64,000 nucleotides of DNA from Squalus acanthias (lineage: Eukaryota), in assembly GCA_030390025.1 (NCBI GenBank), contig CM059426.1, positions 248,001-312,000 on the forward strand, read 5' to 3'. Every line of letters begins with the position of its first letter. Positions within the stretch are counted from its first letter, which is position 1. Below are positions 1 to 12,150 of this stretch, one piece after another. A program made the translations under genes and the position numbers. The notes beneath the pieces were generated by a model, which was given only the letters and a program-made list of their open reading frames with translations, had not been told where the DNA came from and did no database searches.

Positions 1-437
1 AGAAAGCAACTCTCGCAGTGTGTTTTACGTTAATGCTCCCTCTGGAAAATAACTGATTTAAATCGGGACAGTCCCTGGTCAGCGAATGGGTGAACTGTTT
101 TAAAAGCAATCCAGGGTTTTTCCCTTCTCTATAGCGGATACACTTATGTGGTTAGGAAGGAGGTTTTTCATTGTAAGTGTTACATGTCGTTGGGTAATCC
201 TCATTTAAATCACAATCATACTTGGTGAAACCCAGCAAGAGACATAATTATAGTTTAAAGTATAGATCAACCTTTGAAATTCTGAAACCATATTTGCGCT
301 CTAAATCTGCTGTGTAATTGTGGGATGGATTCAATAAAAAAGGATATAACTCAACAATAATTTATATGCAGGACATCTATTGCAACCCACTTAAAGGTTT
401 GTGATGGTGTAAGGCTGTGGATTCTTCACAAATGGTT

Positions 438-481
438 CAAGAAACAGTCTCCTTTACCCCAAGAAACAGTCTCCTTTACCC
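438..481. repeat. 22-bp direct tandem duplication
   Basis: caagaaacagtctcctttaccc occurs twice, adjacent. Confidence 0.9.
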
Positions 482-774
482 CCCCCCCCAGCTCAAAACA
501 CCCTGCAGGATTTGCAGTTTATCCAACTTGATCATTTAAGACCTAATAAAGCATTGTCTTATAACCCATCTGGCTGATACTCCCACATCAAGGAATGTTA
601 GATGTTGGATATAGAATAAGAGATAATAAATGCATTAGCCAAAATTGGCTGTTGAAAACGAGTTAATCACAGCATTTAAAAGAGAATTAGATGCACCTGT
701 GAAGAGGGAAAACATGAAAGGATGTAGGGAACATGCAAGGAAATGGGAGCTAATACTCTCATGTAGATGGGCCC

Positions 775-915
775 AATAGGAACAAGAGAAGGCCATTCAG
801 CCCCTTGAGCCATGCAATTAGATCATGGCTGATCTGTATCTGAACTCCATTTTCCCACCTTGGTTCCATATCCCTTAATACCCTTGCCTAACAAAAATCC
901 ATCAATCCCAATATC
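775..915 (-). mobile_element. CR1 LINE 3'-end stub
   Basis: Reverse complement of the CR1 3'UTR at 3314-3408 (ggccattcagcccc...gatcatggctgatc...tatccctt). Confidence 0.75.
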
Positions 916-1355
916 AATATCAAAAATAGCCTCCTTCTGCGCTGTAATAGATGCTATATTCAGAGTGATTAAAAGGCAATAATCTCACTGAGTATCACGA
1001 ACCATGAACCCAGAGCAGTTTATACCTGAACACTGAGATGAGATTAAAGCCTTCACATCACTCTTGTGATGTCCATTATTTTTAAGATGTGCCATAAGGT
1101 TCACAAATAGTTTGCACTATTTTTGTCTGTAGCAGTTGTGACAATGAATACTAATGTGCATCACTGAATATTTATCGAGTGAATAGATGGTTGATTCTCA
1201 CTGATATGTACAGTCAGTATATGTTAGATTGTTTTGCTTGTGAGTCTCTGCACACATACTTTCAATTCCTGTTTAGCAGCCTGAGACCTGGGAGCAGTTC
1301 ATTCAACAGCAGCAACATACAGTTACATGGCATTGTTCCTAAAGAAAATCTAAAA

Positions 1356-3408
1356 AGGTGACTCAACCGTGGATAACAGGGGAAATTAGAGACAGCATAA
1401 AATCCAAAGATAGGGCGTATAAAATAGCCAAAAAACGCGCCAGAGCGGAAGATTGGGAACAGTTTAAGATAGAGCAAAGGAGGACAAAGGGCTTAATCAA
1501 GAGGGGCAAAATAGCTTACGAAAGCAAGCTGGCGGAAAATATAAAAACTAACTCCAAAAGCTTTTATAAGTATATCAAGAGGAAAAGACTGGTGAAAACC
1601 AAAGTTGGCCCATTGCAGTCAGATACGGGGGAATATATAACGGGAAATAAGGAAATGGCAGACCAACTAAATGCATACTTTGGGTCAGTCTTTACGAAGG
1701 AAGACACAAAAAACCTCCCTGGGATATCGGGAAAAATAGGGACATTTGCAAAGGAGGAACTGACGCAAGTCAATATCTCTAAGGATATGGTGTTAAGGAA
1801 GCTAAAGGGATTGAAGGCGGACAAATCCCCAGGGCCTGATAACATGCATCCTAGGGTGCTGAAGGAGGTGGCCCTAGAGATAGCGGATGCACTAAGTATG
1901 ATTTTTCAGAATTCATTAGACTCGGGAACAGTGCCCATGGATTGGAGGGTAGCTAACGTTACCCCACTATTCAAAAAGGGGGGTAGGCAAAAAGCAGGTA
2001 ATTACAGACCTGTAAGCCTTACATCAGTTGTGGGCAAAATGCTGGAGTCCATCATTAAGGATGAAATAGCGGAGCACTTAGCAAATGGGGACAGGATAGG
2101 ACAGAGTCAACATGGATTTACAAAGGGTAAATCGTGCTTGACTAATCTATTGGAATTTTTTGAGGGAGTAACTGGTAAAATAGATGGGGGAGAGCCAGTA
2201 GATGTGGTGTACCTGGACTTCCAAAAGGCCTTCGATAAGGTCCCACATAAAAGATTAGCAGGGAAAATTGAAGCTCATGGGATAAAGGGAAAAGTATTGA
2301 CGTGGATAGAGAACTGGCTGTCAGATAGAAAACAGAGAGTTGGAATAAACGGCTCATTTTCTGAATGGCAGGCAGTAACAAGTGGGGTACCACAGGGATC
2401 TGTCCTGGGTCCCCAGCTGTTCACAATTTACATTAATGACCTGGATCAGGGAGTCGGATGCAGCATTTCCAAATTTGCAGACGACACTAAACTAGGAGGG
2501 GGGGTGGGCTCAGAGGAGGAGACCAGGAAGCTCCAGAGCGATTTGGACAGACTGGGTGATTGGGCGGATAAATGGCAGATGCACTATAATGTGGACAAGT
2601 GCGAAGTTATCCACCTTGGGTGCAGGAACGGGAGGGCAAATTATTATTTAAATGGCAATAAATTGGGAGAGGGGGAAGTACAGAGAGACCTGGGTGTTCT
2701 TGTACACCAGTCACTGAAGGCGAGCATGCAGGTGCAACAGGCGATCAAGAAGGCAAACGGTATGCTGGCCTTCATAGCAAAAGGGTTGGAATACAGGAAC
2801 AGGGATACCTTGCTGCAGCTGTACAGGGCACTGGTGAGACCACACCTCGAGTACTGTGTACAGTTTTGGTCGCCTCATCTGAGGAAAGATGTTCTTGCCA
2901 TGGAGGGGGTGCAGCGGCGATTCACCAGGCTGATACCAGGAATGGCGGGATTGACCTATGAGGAGAGACTATGTAGTTTAGGGATGTACACACTGGAGTT
3001 TAGAAGATTGAGAGGGGACCTCATAGAAGTGTATAAAATTCTGACAGGTCTAGACAGACTAGATGCAGAAGGAATGTTTCCCTTGGCGGGTGAGAACAGA
3101 ACTAGAGGACATAATTTAAGGATAAGGGCTAAACCATTTAGGACAGAAATGAGGGGGAATTTCTTCACTCAGAGGGTGGTGAACCTGTGGAACTCATTGC
3201 CACAGAGGGCAGTGTACGCCAGCTCATTAAATATATTTAAGAGGGAATTAGATGTATTTCTACAGGCAAAAGGGGTTAAGGGTTACGGAGAGAAGGCGGG
3301 GACGGGATACTGAATTGGAGGATCAGCCATGATCTCATTAAATGGCGGAGCAGGCTCGAAGGGCCGGATGGCCTACTCCTGCTCCTATCTTCTATGTATC
3401 TATGTATG
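1356..3408 (+). mobile_element. 5'-truncated CR1-clade LINE (HER1-like), young copy
   Basis: RT ORF, 3'UTR hairpin (ggagcagg...ctcctgctcc) and (tatgtatc)n tail; probable TSD taaaa at 1351-1355 and 3409-3413. Confidence 0.95.
1358..3313 (+). CDS. CR1 ORF2 reverse transcriptase and C-terminal region; endonuclease domain lost by 5' truncation, no true ATG
   Basis: 651 open codons with motifs KSPGPD, NYRPVSLTS, QHGF, YLDFQKAFDKV, GVPQGSVLGP, KFADD, RPHLEYCVQFW, TRGH, NLWNSLP. Confidence 0.9.
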   Translation: MTQPWITGEIRDSIKSKDRAYKIAKKRARAEDWEQFKIEQRRTKGLIKRGKIAYESKLAENIKTNSKSFYKYIKRKRLVKTKVGPLQSDTGEYITGNKEMADQLNAYFGSVFTKEDTKNLPGISGKIGTFAKEELTQVNISKDMVLRKLKGLKADKSPGPDNMHPRVLKEVALEIADALSMIFQNSLDSGTVPMDWRVANVTPLFKKGGRQKAGNYRPVSLTSVVGKMLESIIKDEIAEHLANGDRIGQSQHGFTKGKSCLTNLLEFFEGVTGKIDGGEPVDVVYLDFQKAFDKVPHKRLAGKIEAHGIKGKVLTWIENWLSDRKQRVGINGSFSEWQAVTSGVPQGSVLGPQLFTIYINDLDQGVGCSISKFADDTKLGGGVGSEEETRKLQSDLDRLGDWADKWQMHYNVDKCEVIHLGCRNGRANYYLNGNKLGEGEVQRDLGVLVHQSLKASMQVQQAIKKANGMLAFIAKGLEYRNRDTLLQLYRALVRPHLEYCVQFWSPHLRKDVLAMEGVQRRFTRLIPGMAGLTYEERLCSLGMYTLEFRRLRGDLIEVYKILTGLDRLDAEGMFPLAGENRTRGHNLRIRAKPFRTEMRGNFFTQRVVNLWNSLPQRAVYASSLNIFKRELDVFLQAKGVKGYGEKAGTGY

Positions 3409-3960
3409 TAAAAGCATCTCTGAGCACTTTATGAGGAGAGGGAGGACACGGAGCGACAAGTGAAGGAATTTATGGATGGAGATCAAAGACATGGCAAAAG
3501 AAATAGGTTTTAAGGAGGCTTTTGAAAATACTGAGGGAGGTAGTGAGGCAACATGGTTTCAGAAGGCATCATAATTCCAGAAGGCAGATCCTACTGGCTG
3601 AAAGATTGGCCTGCGATTGTGGATTAGGGAGAACAGCGAAGAAGCAGTTATCTAGAGTCAGAAAAATGAAGCAAGGGGGTTGAGATAAATAGCTAGAGAA
3701 GATTGCCCATGTAGGGTGGGATGACATAGTGGGGGAATTGAAAAAGATAATGAGGATCTTGAAATCAGCGCTGGAAGCCAGTGGAACTTGGAAAGGATGG
3801 GGTTGATGGTGAGTGCAGGAGAGAGGACTTGGCCACAGATTCTGAATCAGTTGCAGTTTGAGGGGTGGCGGCAGCATGGAGAACAATTCATGAAATTAGT
3901 CCTCTTGGTGATGAAGGCAGGGATAAGAGTTCAGCAGTGTCAGGGGGTGAGGTAGAGCTG
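3409..3960 (-). mobile_element. Old L2 LINE 3' remnant; its extreme 3' end lies at ~1305-1355, split off by the CR1 insertion
   Basis: ORF 3569-3886 gives LKLQLIQN...DFKILIIF, resembling the L2 ORF2 C-terminus; decayed L2-type tail just left of the CR1. Confidence 0.7.
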
Positions 3961-4443
3961 TAGACATTCACTCCCTAAGGATAAGAAAAAAATTGGAGTC
4001 ATCACAAATGATGAAAGCTTGGCAGTTCTGTTTTCTACTTCACAGTGGGAAGACTGTGCCCCAGACGTGTGGCAAATCTCAGGCCAACCGTTGCCAAACT
4101 ACAGAACAGTCATAGTAACTGGCCTGTCAGCAATAATAGTGTTGTCTTTTCCAAACATGTTTTCTTTGGAGTTTAGCTCCCCAGTGGGTAAATGTACCTC
4201 CCTCAGTGGTACTGAATCAAACAGACAAGAATGGTTCCGGGTTTGATTCCTGGTCTGTTCTGAGCTACCTGATCACACCCATGATGGTAATGGGATTCTA
4301 CAATTGATCACGTTAACCTGGACACAAGATGAGAGGGGGGGGGGGGGGCGTGGAAATCAGCCAGGGTTCCCACCCTTGATCCCTAGCCTTGTACCTCTGC
4401 TGAAAGGTACATCCATACAGATATCAGGAGATGGTAGGATTGG

Positions 4444-4642
4444 AATAACAGAAAACGCTGGAAAAACTCAGCAGGCCAGGCAGCATCCGTGGAGAGAGAA
4501 AGAGAGTTAACGTTTCAGGTCGATGACCTTTCGTCAGAACTGTGAAGAGCCGGAAATCAAATAGATTTAAGGCCAGAGTAAAGCTGGGAAAAGGGGGAGG
4601 GGATAAAAGAACAAAGGGGGAGATGAAGAGACATTAAGTGAT
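4444..4642 (-). mobile_element. Penelope-like family A pseudo-LTR fragment
   Basis: Homologous to 46240-46480; 13-bp TSD atggtaggattgg at 4431-4443 and 4643-4655. Confidence 0.85.
4505..4541 (-). ncRNA. Minimal type I hammerhead ribozyme motif
   Basis: Minus strand reads AGUU CUGACGA A AGGUC-auc-GACCU GAAA CG UU AACU: core intact, stems I and II pair, palindromic AACGUU stem III. Confidence 0.75.
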
Positions 4643-7019
4643 ATGGTAGGATTGGGCTTGCCTGGGATGTATCCATGGTCAAGCAGCCTCCCAGGAGTCA
4701 CTGTTAAGCCTCACAGATGAAGTTGAGGTACTAGAGGGAGCCTAGCACTCATATGATTGTACCCTAGCATCAGAAGGGGGAAAACTCAGGAATAAAACAT
4801 TTCACTTCTTTTTCCTTTGGTTTTGGATGGCATAGAGAGGTATGTCTGTCTGATTTATACACACTAAGTTCAACTGAAAGTCTCTGGGTGCATCAACTGG
4901 TTAACTTATTACCTCCTCTGTGCAGCAGCAGACTGGGATGAGGAGGGCAGCACTCAGAGTGAATGCTGGGGAAACTCAGTGTGATCCAATTGGGGCTGAT
5001 ATATGATGACGATGAAGGAGTACTTTTCCCAAGTGAAGTCAATTCTACATCACTCGACAGATTGCAAGGAAATCAGAAGCATATATTTGGTGATTTAAGC
5101 TTTGTAATGGAAAACAGATGTCTCAATGCCATTGGGGCAGGAGATATCTTCACGCCAATGAAGATAAGGTACAACTGATCCTGACAGTTGGAAGAGATCT
5201 GCATCGAACTCGACTGCTGTGGAATCCCTCCAGAGACAGTTGGAGACATGTGGAAAGATTGGGTTCGATGGCATTCCTTTGATTGCTAGATTGTGACTGC
5301 CAGTCAGTAAACATCTCAGAATGGGTTGATGCAGCTTTAAGAGAGAGTGAAGTAGGGAGAAAGAGAAAGTGCTTTGTTCAGTATAAATCACTGAACCGGT
5401 GCCTGAACTCACTGTGCTGGCTTGTAAAATGACCTGCTTTAAGAGGTTGAACGATTTTGTCACTCGTTTCGTGTCCTTTCTCTGAGGTGGGTACTGGGAC
5501 GTAATGACAGGCACAACTGAGCCTTGTTGACAGATTAATTTAGACAATATTCTGGCCCTGTCTTTGGCCCTCAGTCTGTCATCGAGCATTCAGCTGGGTA
5601 TAGATTCTTGGAAAACAGCAGAGTCCAGAGAAACTCCCGAGATCTCCACCTTCAACAGCACCAAATCTAAGCTCCTGACACCCCAAGGCAAGCAGCCATT
5701 GTTCAGTTTTGGAGACAGTTGTTTTAGTGTTTAACCAATTGCTGTTGCTGAGCTCGTTGTCATTTGCCTGGAAATAACCCCGGCGAGGAGCTCAAGCACC
5801 TGAGCCCAGTCAATGTGGAACTGTGGTTCAAACAGAAGCTTTAGTCAGTGCGGTTTTTTGAAAGGTTAAAAGGGGAGCCTCACTGTCAATACTATTTTCA
5901 AGAAACCACCAGTTAAAAAGAATTATGATTAACTTGTGTTTCTTAAGGAGTTTAAAAAAAACCTGAATGCTGATGTCATCGTCAGGGGAGCCGGTTGAGA
6001 GGATTTGCTGAGTGTGAGGGAACTGAAGTGACCTCAGTAAATCATTCATTGTAACCCCCAGCACTCCTGCAATCTTGCCATTTCAACTATGTATGTATGT
6101 TGATTCAGTTCCCTTGCTCTGGCCGGCACAGCAACTCCTCCAAGTCGATTCTTCCAATACTGACTGTCCTCGGTAATCGCTATCGAAAGCAACAGAGAAA
6201 GAAATGAAAGCAAAACAAATCTTGATGTTAACCACAAATTATAATTAAGAATCTTTCGCTCTTTTTTTGTTGAGAGCGACTTATTGAGGGTGAGATTCCC
6301 TTTTGCAACTGACCTTTTGCTTGGCTAAATGAGTTATTTCCATACTTCTAACTGCACTTTCCGTTTTGTGAAAGTGTAGGATACGGATTTATTTTTTATT
6401 TCAAAGGTCCCTTCTCTCTTACCTCCTTCGGGAAAGAGGGCTAAATACTCTCTGCAGTGGGCTGAATCATAAGCACCATCGATGGCACGCCGAGGTCGGT
6501 TATAGGAATTGCCCTTGTAGCCGGCAAGGTAACTTTCTTTGTCACCCTTTCCTTCCCCCCTCTCCCCACCCCAGCGAGCTGCAGAAAGGTGCTCGCTCCA
6601 GTCGGCTGCATGAGAACTGAACCCCTCCTCTTCTGAAGGCGCTGTCTAGCAGTGGGGGATGGTTACAAAGCTCTCTGGTGCCGCACCCACGTGGCCATGC
6701 CTGACGAGTGACTATCAGCAAGGGTATTTGATTATGGAGACAGTTCATTCGGATCGAGTCCTTACCCATTGTGTACACGTACATACTTCCCAGCTGGGGT
6801 CACTTCGCGAGTGAGGACCCTAGCTTAGTTCTCCTGCTCCTCAGCCCAATTGCTCAGAGACCAATTACAACTCTGCTACCGTTGACCCATTTCAGATCAG
6901 ACACAGCCCAGGGATCAAACATTAGAAAGAAAGACTTGCATTTATATAGCGCATTTCTTGGCCTCAGTACGTCCCAAATAAGCCAATAAAGCACTGTTGA
7001 AGTGTAGTCACTGCTGTAA

Positions 7020-7290
7020 TACGAACATACATATGAATTAGGAGCAGGAGTAGGCCACTCGGCCCCTCGAGCCTGCTCCGCCATTCAAGAAGATCATGGC
7101 TGATCTGATTACTCCACATTCCCGCCTACCCCCGATAACCTTTCACCCCCTTGCTCACCAAGAATCTATCTACCTCTGCCTTAAAAATATTCAAAGACTC
7201 TGCTTCCACCACCCTCTGAGGAAGAGGGTTCCAAAGACTCACGACCCTCTGTGAGAAAAAATTTCTCCTCATCTCTGTCTTAAATGGATA
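7020..7290 (-). mobile_element. CR1 3' fragment nested among Deu-SINE tail fragments (6925-7410)
   Basis: Reverse complement of CR1 C-terminus and 3'UTR; flanked by aagacttgcatttatatagcg and aggcgctgtataaatgcgagtc SINE tails. Confidence 0.8.
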
Positions 7291-8109
7291 ATGTGAGAAA
7301 TGCAGCAGTGACTAGACTTCAAAAGTACTTCTTTGGCTGTAGAGCGCTTTGGAATGTCCTGAGGTCATGAAAGGCGCTGTATAAATGCGAGTCAGTCTTT
7401 CTTTTTTCTTTCAACATGGGTCTCCTTGCTCTTTATGGCTCAGTTTCACACTGCAGCGGAGTTGTCAACTGGGTCACAGTGGTAGTGCTATAGGAACATC
7501 GGAACAGGAGTAGACCATTCAGCCCCTCGTACCTGTTCCTCCATTCAATGAGATCTGCCATTCATGACTGATCTGGGTGAAATAGGCAGCTCTGGGGGCT
7601 CATATGTCTTTTTAGAAGGCAAATATTATAACTCCCCCACCCCTAATCTGTCATGCCAGCCATAGAGTTTAAATTCTTTTTGGTAAGTAAATCAATAACA
7701 CGGGTGAATTGATTTGCCTTGTGTTGTAATAAGTGGCAGCAATGTCATGATGACTTATGCTATTTGAATGAAGAGGCTTTACTGATGAGAATCTGATAAG
7801 AGGCAAATAAAGCGAGATCAGACAACTGTGCTCTTATTAATATCCAGAAGATTAACTACACAGTTACAGATGGGATGTTGCAGACAAACAAGCACTGAAC
7901 CTGTGTCAACTGGGACATAATTAATTTTGGTAGGCAAATGAAGTCAAAGCAGGCAGTGCTGTTTCAATTAATTCTAAGAATTAAAGCTGCTTGTTCATGA
8001 TTGATCTTCTCATTCACAGTTAAGCTCATTTATTTAACCTCGTCGCTTGACCTAAACAAAACAAAAATGGCCATGTTACTAGAAAAACAGAAATCTATTT
8101 GATGAGATT

Positions 8110-8285
8110 AAAAAAAACCTACAAATGCTGGAAATCTGAAACAAAAACACTGCATGCTGTAAATACACAGCGCACCTGTCAGCATCCGAACAGAGGAAAG
8201 AGATGTTAATATCTGAGGCCCTGACAACGGGATTCCACCCAAATTGTTAGCCTATCTTTTCTCTTTTCAGAAGCTGACCAATCTA
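8110..8285. mobile_element. Decayed Penelope family A inverted pseudo-LTR remnant
   Basis: atgctggaaatctgaaacaaaaac... followed by partially complementary tcttttctcttttcagaagctgacc. Confidence 0.5.
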
Positions 8286-8324
8286 TTAAATGAGATAGTT
8301 TTCCTTAAATCTTCAGAGTTGCTG

Positions 8325-9075
8325 TGCTCACGTGTCATGATGCCACCTCCGTCAGCCCTACAACCCATGAAGAGAATTGGATGGTGAAGGATGCAAGGAA
8401 GTGGTCAGAGATGGCCTTGTCTATGATCAAGACCGTGGGAGCAGAGGGGCCATGCAGGGTCGAGGAGATCGGTGTTAATATGAGTAGGAGAGTTTATATG
8501 GAGAAAGAGGTTTAGGGAGGACAGGGGGGGCAGTGAAATCAGAAGAGAGAGGGCAAAGTGGGTTGAGATGGAGATTGAAATCACGGAGGATGAGGAGTCG
8601 CACAGTGAAGAGGCTGAGGGAAGAAAGGAATGAGGATATCTCCGGGAGAAACTCTGGATTGGGCTTGGGTGGGCGGTAGAGAATAAGGATTTTAAAGGAG
8701 AGACAAGACAAGTGGTAAAATGTGGGGTACTCGAAGAAGAGACCAAGTTGTGATTTGGTGTTAAATTCCACAGCACCCTCATGGCGGTTTGGGTGGGGAA
8801 AGTGGTGGAAAGTATAGCCTGGGGGGGGGGGGGGGGGGAGTCATCAGTAAAGGGGCAAGCTGTTACTATCCATGAGCCAAATTTTAGTTAAAGCCTTGAT
8901 GTCAATGCAATTGTCCACAATTAGCTCCTTGATGGCAAAGGTCTTGTTCAGGAGTGAACATACATTCTGCAGGGAAATGTGGAGAAGGACAGTGATTGTT
9001 GATCATTTGGCAGAGTCTGAAATGGATGGGGTGAGAGGGATGGGAAGGATGTTGGTGCGGTTAGCTGCTAGTGGG
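8325..9075 (-). mobile_element. L2-type LINE fragment, apurinic-like endonuclease region (degenerate)
   Basis: ORF 8475-8771: ILYRPPK...FLPEISSFLSSL...LLILRDFNLH matches APE motifs YRPP and GDFN. Confidence 0.75.
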
Positions 9076-10374
9076 AAATGTAATGGTAAATTTTCCATTC
9101 CTGGTGATAAGCATCACATGCTGGGAACACATATTGAATATTGGGTGCGTTACATTGCACGCCCATCGTGCAGCCCAATCAACTTACTGGTCATTACTTT
9201 TAATGGATACAAAACTTGGGCAAGCTGTATAATGGGTGTGTTACCCTCCACGCCATGCAGTGCTCTGCACTGGGAGCGCAAATGCAGAAAATTATCCCCT
9301 GGAATCTTCTCCGGGAAAGTTCTTCAATCAAAATTCACTATTTCCAAAAGGAAATAAAATAAAATATTCGTCCACCCACCCCCCGCCCCATCTTTGCCTA
9401 CATGACAAAAGTAACTGAGCTTCAAAAGTAATGCAGTGCTTTGATACATTTTAGCTTGATAAGGCACCGTATAAATGGTAGTCGCATTATTACTGATTAT
9501 CTCCAATATTCAACCGTGGCCCCGCTGTCCTTCACTGACACTGTTATCAGGGTCTGACTTTACCCTTTAACAAAAGGTTAAGGCCACAGGAACAATTGTC
9601 AAACACAAATACAATGTTTTCTCTACTGTGGGAATGGTTTAGATAGCAGCGACCAGGAGAATATGTCCAATACAAACACCCAGAAGGCTCCATGTGCTTG
9701 CCTGATAGCAGAGGGTAACGTTTTAGGAGCCAAAGCACATACATGCCTGTTGTTTATCAGTTCTACAGCATTTTGTGGAGACAGGCTTGATTAATGATTA
9801 AATGTTCTGCTATTTGTTTTTGTTGTTTTTCTGTACCAGTTGATTTTTCTATTCTTGTTGTGACAGCGTTTTCCCGGTGTTTAGTTTGCCGGTGCATTTA
9901 AAGGAGAAAGGACGCACTCTATTGTTGAACAATGTGTGACTACATTTACACGCAGATAGAAAAATTGACCTTTGGAAATGCGTCGTTTTTTTTGTTGAAA
10001 GAGTGATGTTGGCTGAGATTGTTGCCCTGTTCCAGCTACGAATCCTGTGCTTAGAAATCCGAGGGGAACACCGTCTTTCCAGGCAGCATCAATGCTTTGC
10101 CATCTCTGTAAATGCCTGTGACTTGGTAATCTCGTGAATTCAAGTCCATTTTGGTCTGTTTAAGAAACAAGTTGCTGAAAAGCAATTTTCTTATAAAGGC
10201 TTCTTGGTCAGGGCAGCTCAGTATATTGCAACAGCAGCAAATCGGAATAACATCAGTTGACAGACAGATGGATTGCTGGCAGGCCAGGTGAACCTGGTAG
10301 TTCCTGGCACTAAGTGAAGGTCCAAGGCCCAAAGTGCAAAGTTTAAAAGAGTAGAAGATTAGATAAATCAGCAT

Positions 10375-10557
10375 TAGGGTGGTCGAAGCAGATTCAATGG
10401 TAACTTTCAAAAGGGAATTGGATATGTACTTAAAAAGGAAACATTTGCAGGGCTATAGGGTAAGAGCAGGAACTAATTGGAAAGCTCTTTCAAAGAGCAG
10501 GTACAGGCACGATGGGCCGAACAGCCTCCTTCTGTGCTGTAAGATTCGATGGTTCTA
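10375..10557 (+). mobile_element. CR1 3' stub
   Basis: gaagcagattcaatggtaactttcaaaagggaattgg...gggccgaacagcctccttctgtgctgtaagattc. Confidence 0.8.
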
Positions 10558-10859
10558 AGAAGTAGTGATGGGCTGACATCAGGATGGGTTTTAAAACCCT
10601 GTAGATTACAAGAGGAAGGTGAAGAGCGAGCGAGATAAAGACTTCCACAGATTCGAGGTTTTGGGGAAGAATGCATTAGAGTAGGAGACGGTGCAATGAC
10701 CCTTGATTTCAACACAGTGAGGATTCGAGAGAGAAGAAGACCACGTAGGACAGTGTATTTGGGGATTGAGGGGAGCAAGTGAGGAAAATTCAGATGAGCA
10801 CTCACCACAGTAGTATTGATAGAACAGAGTAAGATGAATAAGGCTGCAACATACTCAGC

Positions 10860-11593
10860 GTCTAACCACCGCCCCTTGATATTCAACGGCATTACCATTG
10901 CCAAATGCCCCACCATCAACATCCTGGGGGTCACCATTGACCAGAAACTTAACTGGACCAGTCACATAAATACTGTGGCAAAAAAGCAGGTCAGAGGCTG
11001 GGTATTCTGCGGAGAGTGTCTCACCTCCTGACTCCCCAAAGTCTTTCCACCATCTACAAGGCATAAGTAAGGAGTGTGATGGAATACTCTCCACTTGCCT
11101 GGATGAGTGCAGCTCCAACAACACTCTAGATGCTCGACACCATCCAAGACAAAGCAGCCCGCTTGATTGGCACCCCATCCACCACCTTAAACATTCACTC
11201 ACTCCACCACCGGTGTACCGTGGCTGCAGTGTGTACCATCTACAAGATGCACTGCAGCAACTCACCATGGCTTCTTTGGCAGCACCTTCCAAACCCGCGA
11301 CCTCTTTCACCTAGAAGGACAAGGGCAGTAGACGCATGGGAACACCACCACCTCCAAGTTCCCTTCCAAGTCACACACCATCCTGACTTAGAAGTATATC
11401 ACCGATCCTTCATCGTTGCTGGGTCAAAATCCTGGAACTCCCTCCCTAACAGCACTGTGGGAGTAACTTCACCACTCTGACTGCAGCGGTTCAAGAAGGC
11501 GGCTCACTACCACCTTCTCGAGGGCAATTAGGGATGGGCAATAAATGCTGGCCTTGCCAGCGACGCCCACATCCCATGAACGAATAAAAAAAA
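10860..11593 (+). mobile_element. CR1/L2-group LINE family 2, 3' fragment with frameshifts
   Basis: PTINILGVTIDQKLNWTSHI, MEYSPLAW and DKAARLIG peptides; ends gcccacatcccatgaacgaataaaaaa. Confidence 0.85.
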
Positions 11594-11754
11594 ATACAGT
11601 TGTTCACGTCCAGCAGCGAAATGTAAATGCATCATTTGTAGCACATGTTCACCACACCAGGCATGTCCAAGAGCTGAATCTATATCTTATCCCCGTGGCA
11701 CAAATGTTCCATTGAGCATATCCAGCAGGTTAATGTAAATGACATTCCATGAAC

Positions 11755-12150
11755 TAAGAAGGCTGAGGAGTGACCTAATTGAGGTCTTTAAAATGATGAA
11801 AGGGTAGACACAGAGAGAGTGCTTCCACTTGTGGGGAAGAGCAAAACTAGAGGCCATCAATATAAGATCGTCACCAAGAAATCCAATAGGGAATTCAGAA
11901 GAAACTTCTTTACCCAAGGAGTGGTGAGAATGTGGAACTCGCTACCGCAGGGAGTGGTTGAAGCGAATAGTATAGATGCATTTAAGGGGAGCCTAGATAA
12001 GCATATGAGGGAGAAGGGAATGGAGGGTTATGCTGATAGAGTTAGAGGAGGAAAGACGGGAGGAGGCTCGAGTGGAGCATAAACGGCAGCATGGACTGGT
12101 TGGGCCGAATGGCCTGTTTCTGTGATGTATATCCTACGTAATCCTATGTA
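11755..12150 (+). mobile_element. CR1 3' fragment
   Basis: SKTRGHQYKI...FFTQGVVRMWNSLP; 3'UTR with short-repeat tail. Confidence 0.85.

Larger units (their letters stand above)
4165..4780 (+). mobile_element. Old tRNA-head SINE-like repeat (unclassified family B), interrupted by a Penelope insert
   Basis: B-box-like ggtttgattcct; ggaaatcagccagggttcc motif also recognisable in decayed copies near 22110-22390 (+), 34290-34545 (-) and 46560-46775 (-). Confidence 0.55.

Noticed and set aside
1564-3168. Minus-strand ORFs over the CR1
   Set aside because: Antisense shadows of the RT frame.
5095-5589. 164-aa ORF as a protein-coding gene
   Set aside because: No recognisable motif; it runs through an acceptor-like pyrimidine tract; other frames are closed.
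6529-6574. GT-AG intron between two small plus-strand exons
   Set aside because: 46 nt is below the usual vertebrate minimum, and the downstream segment has stops in all three frames.
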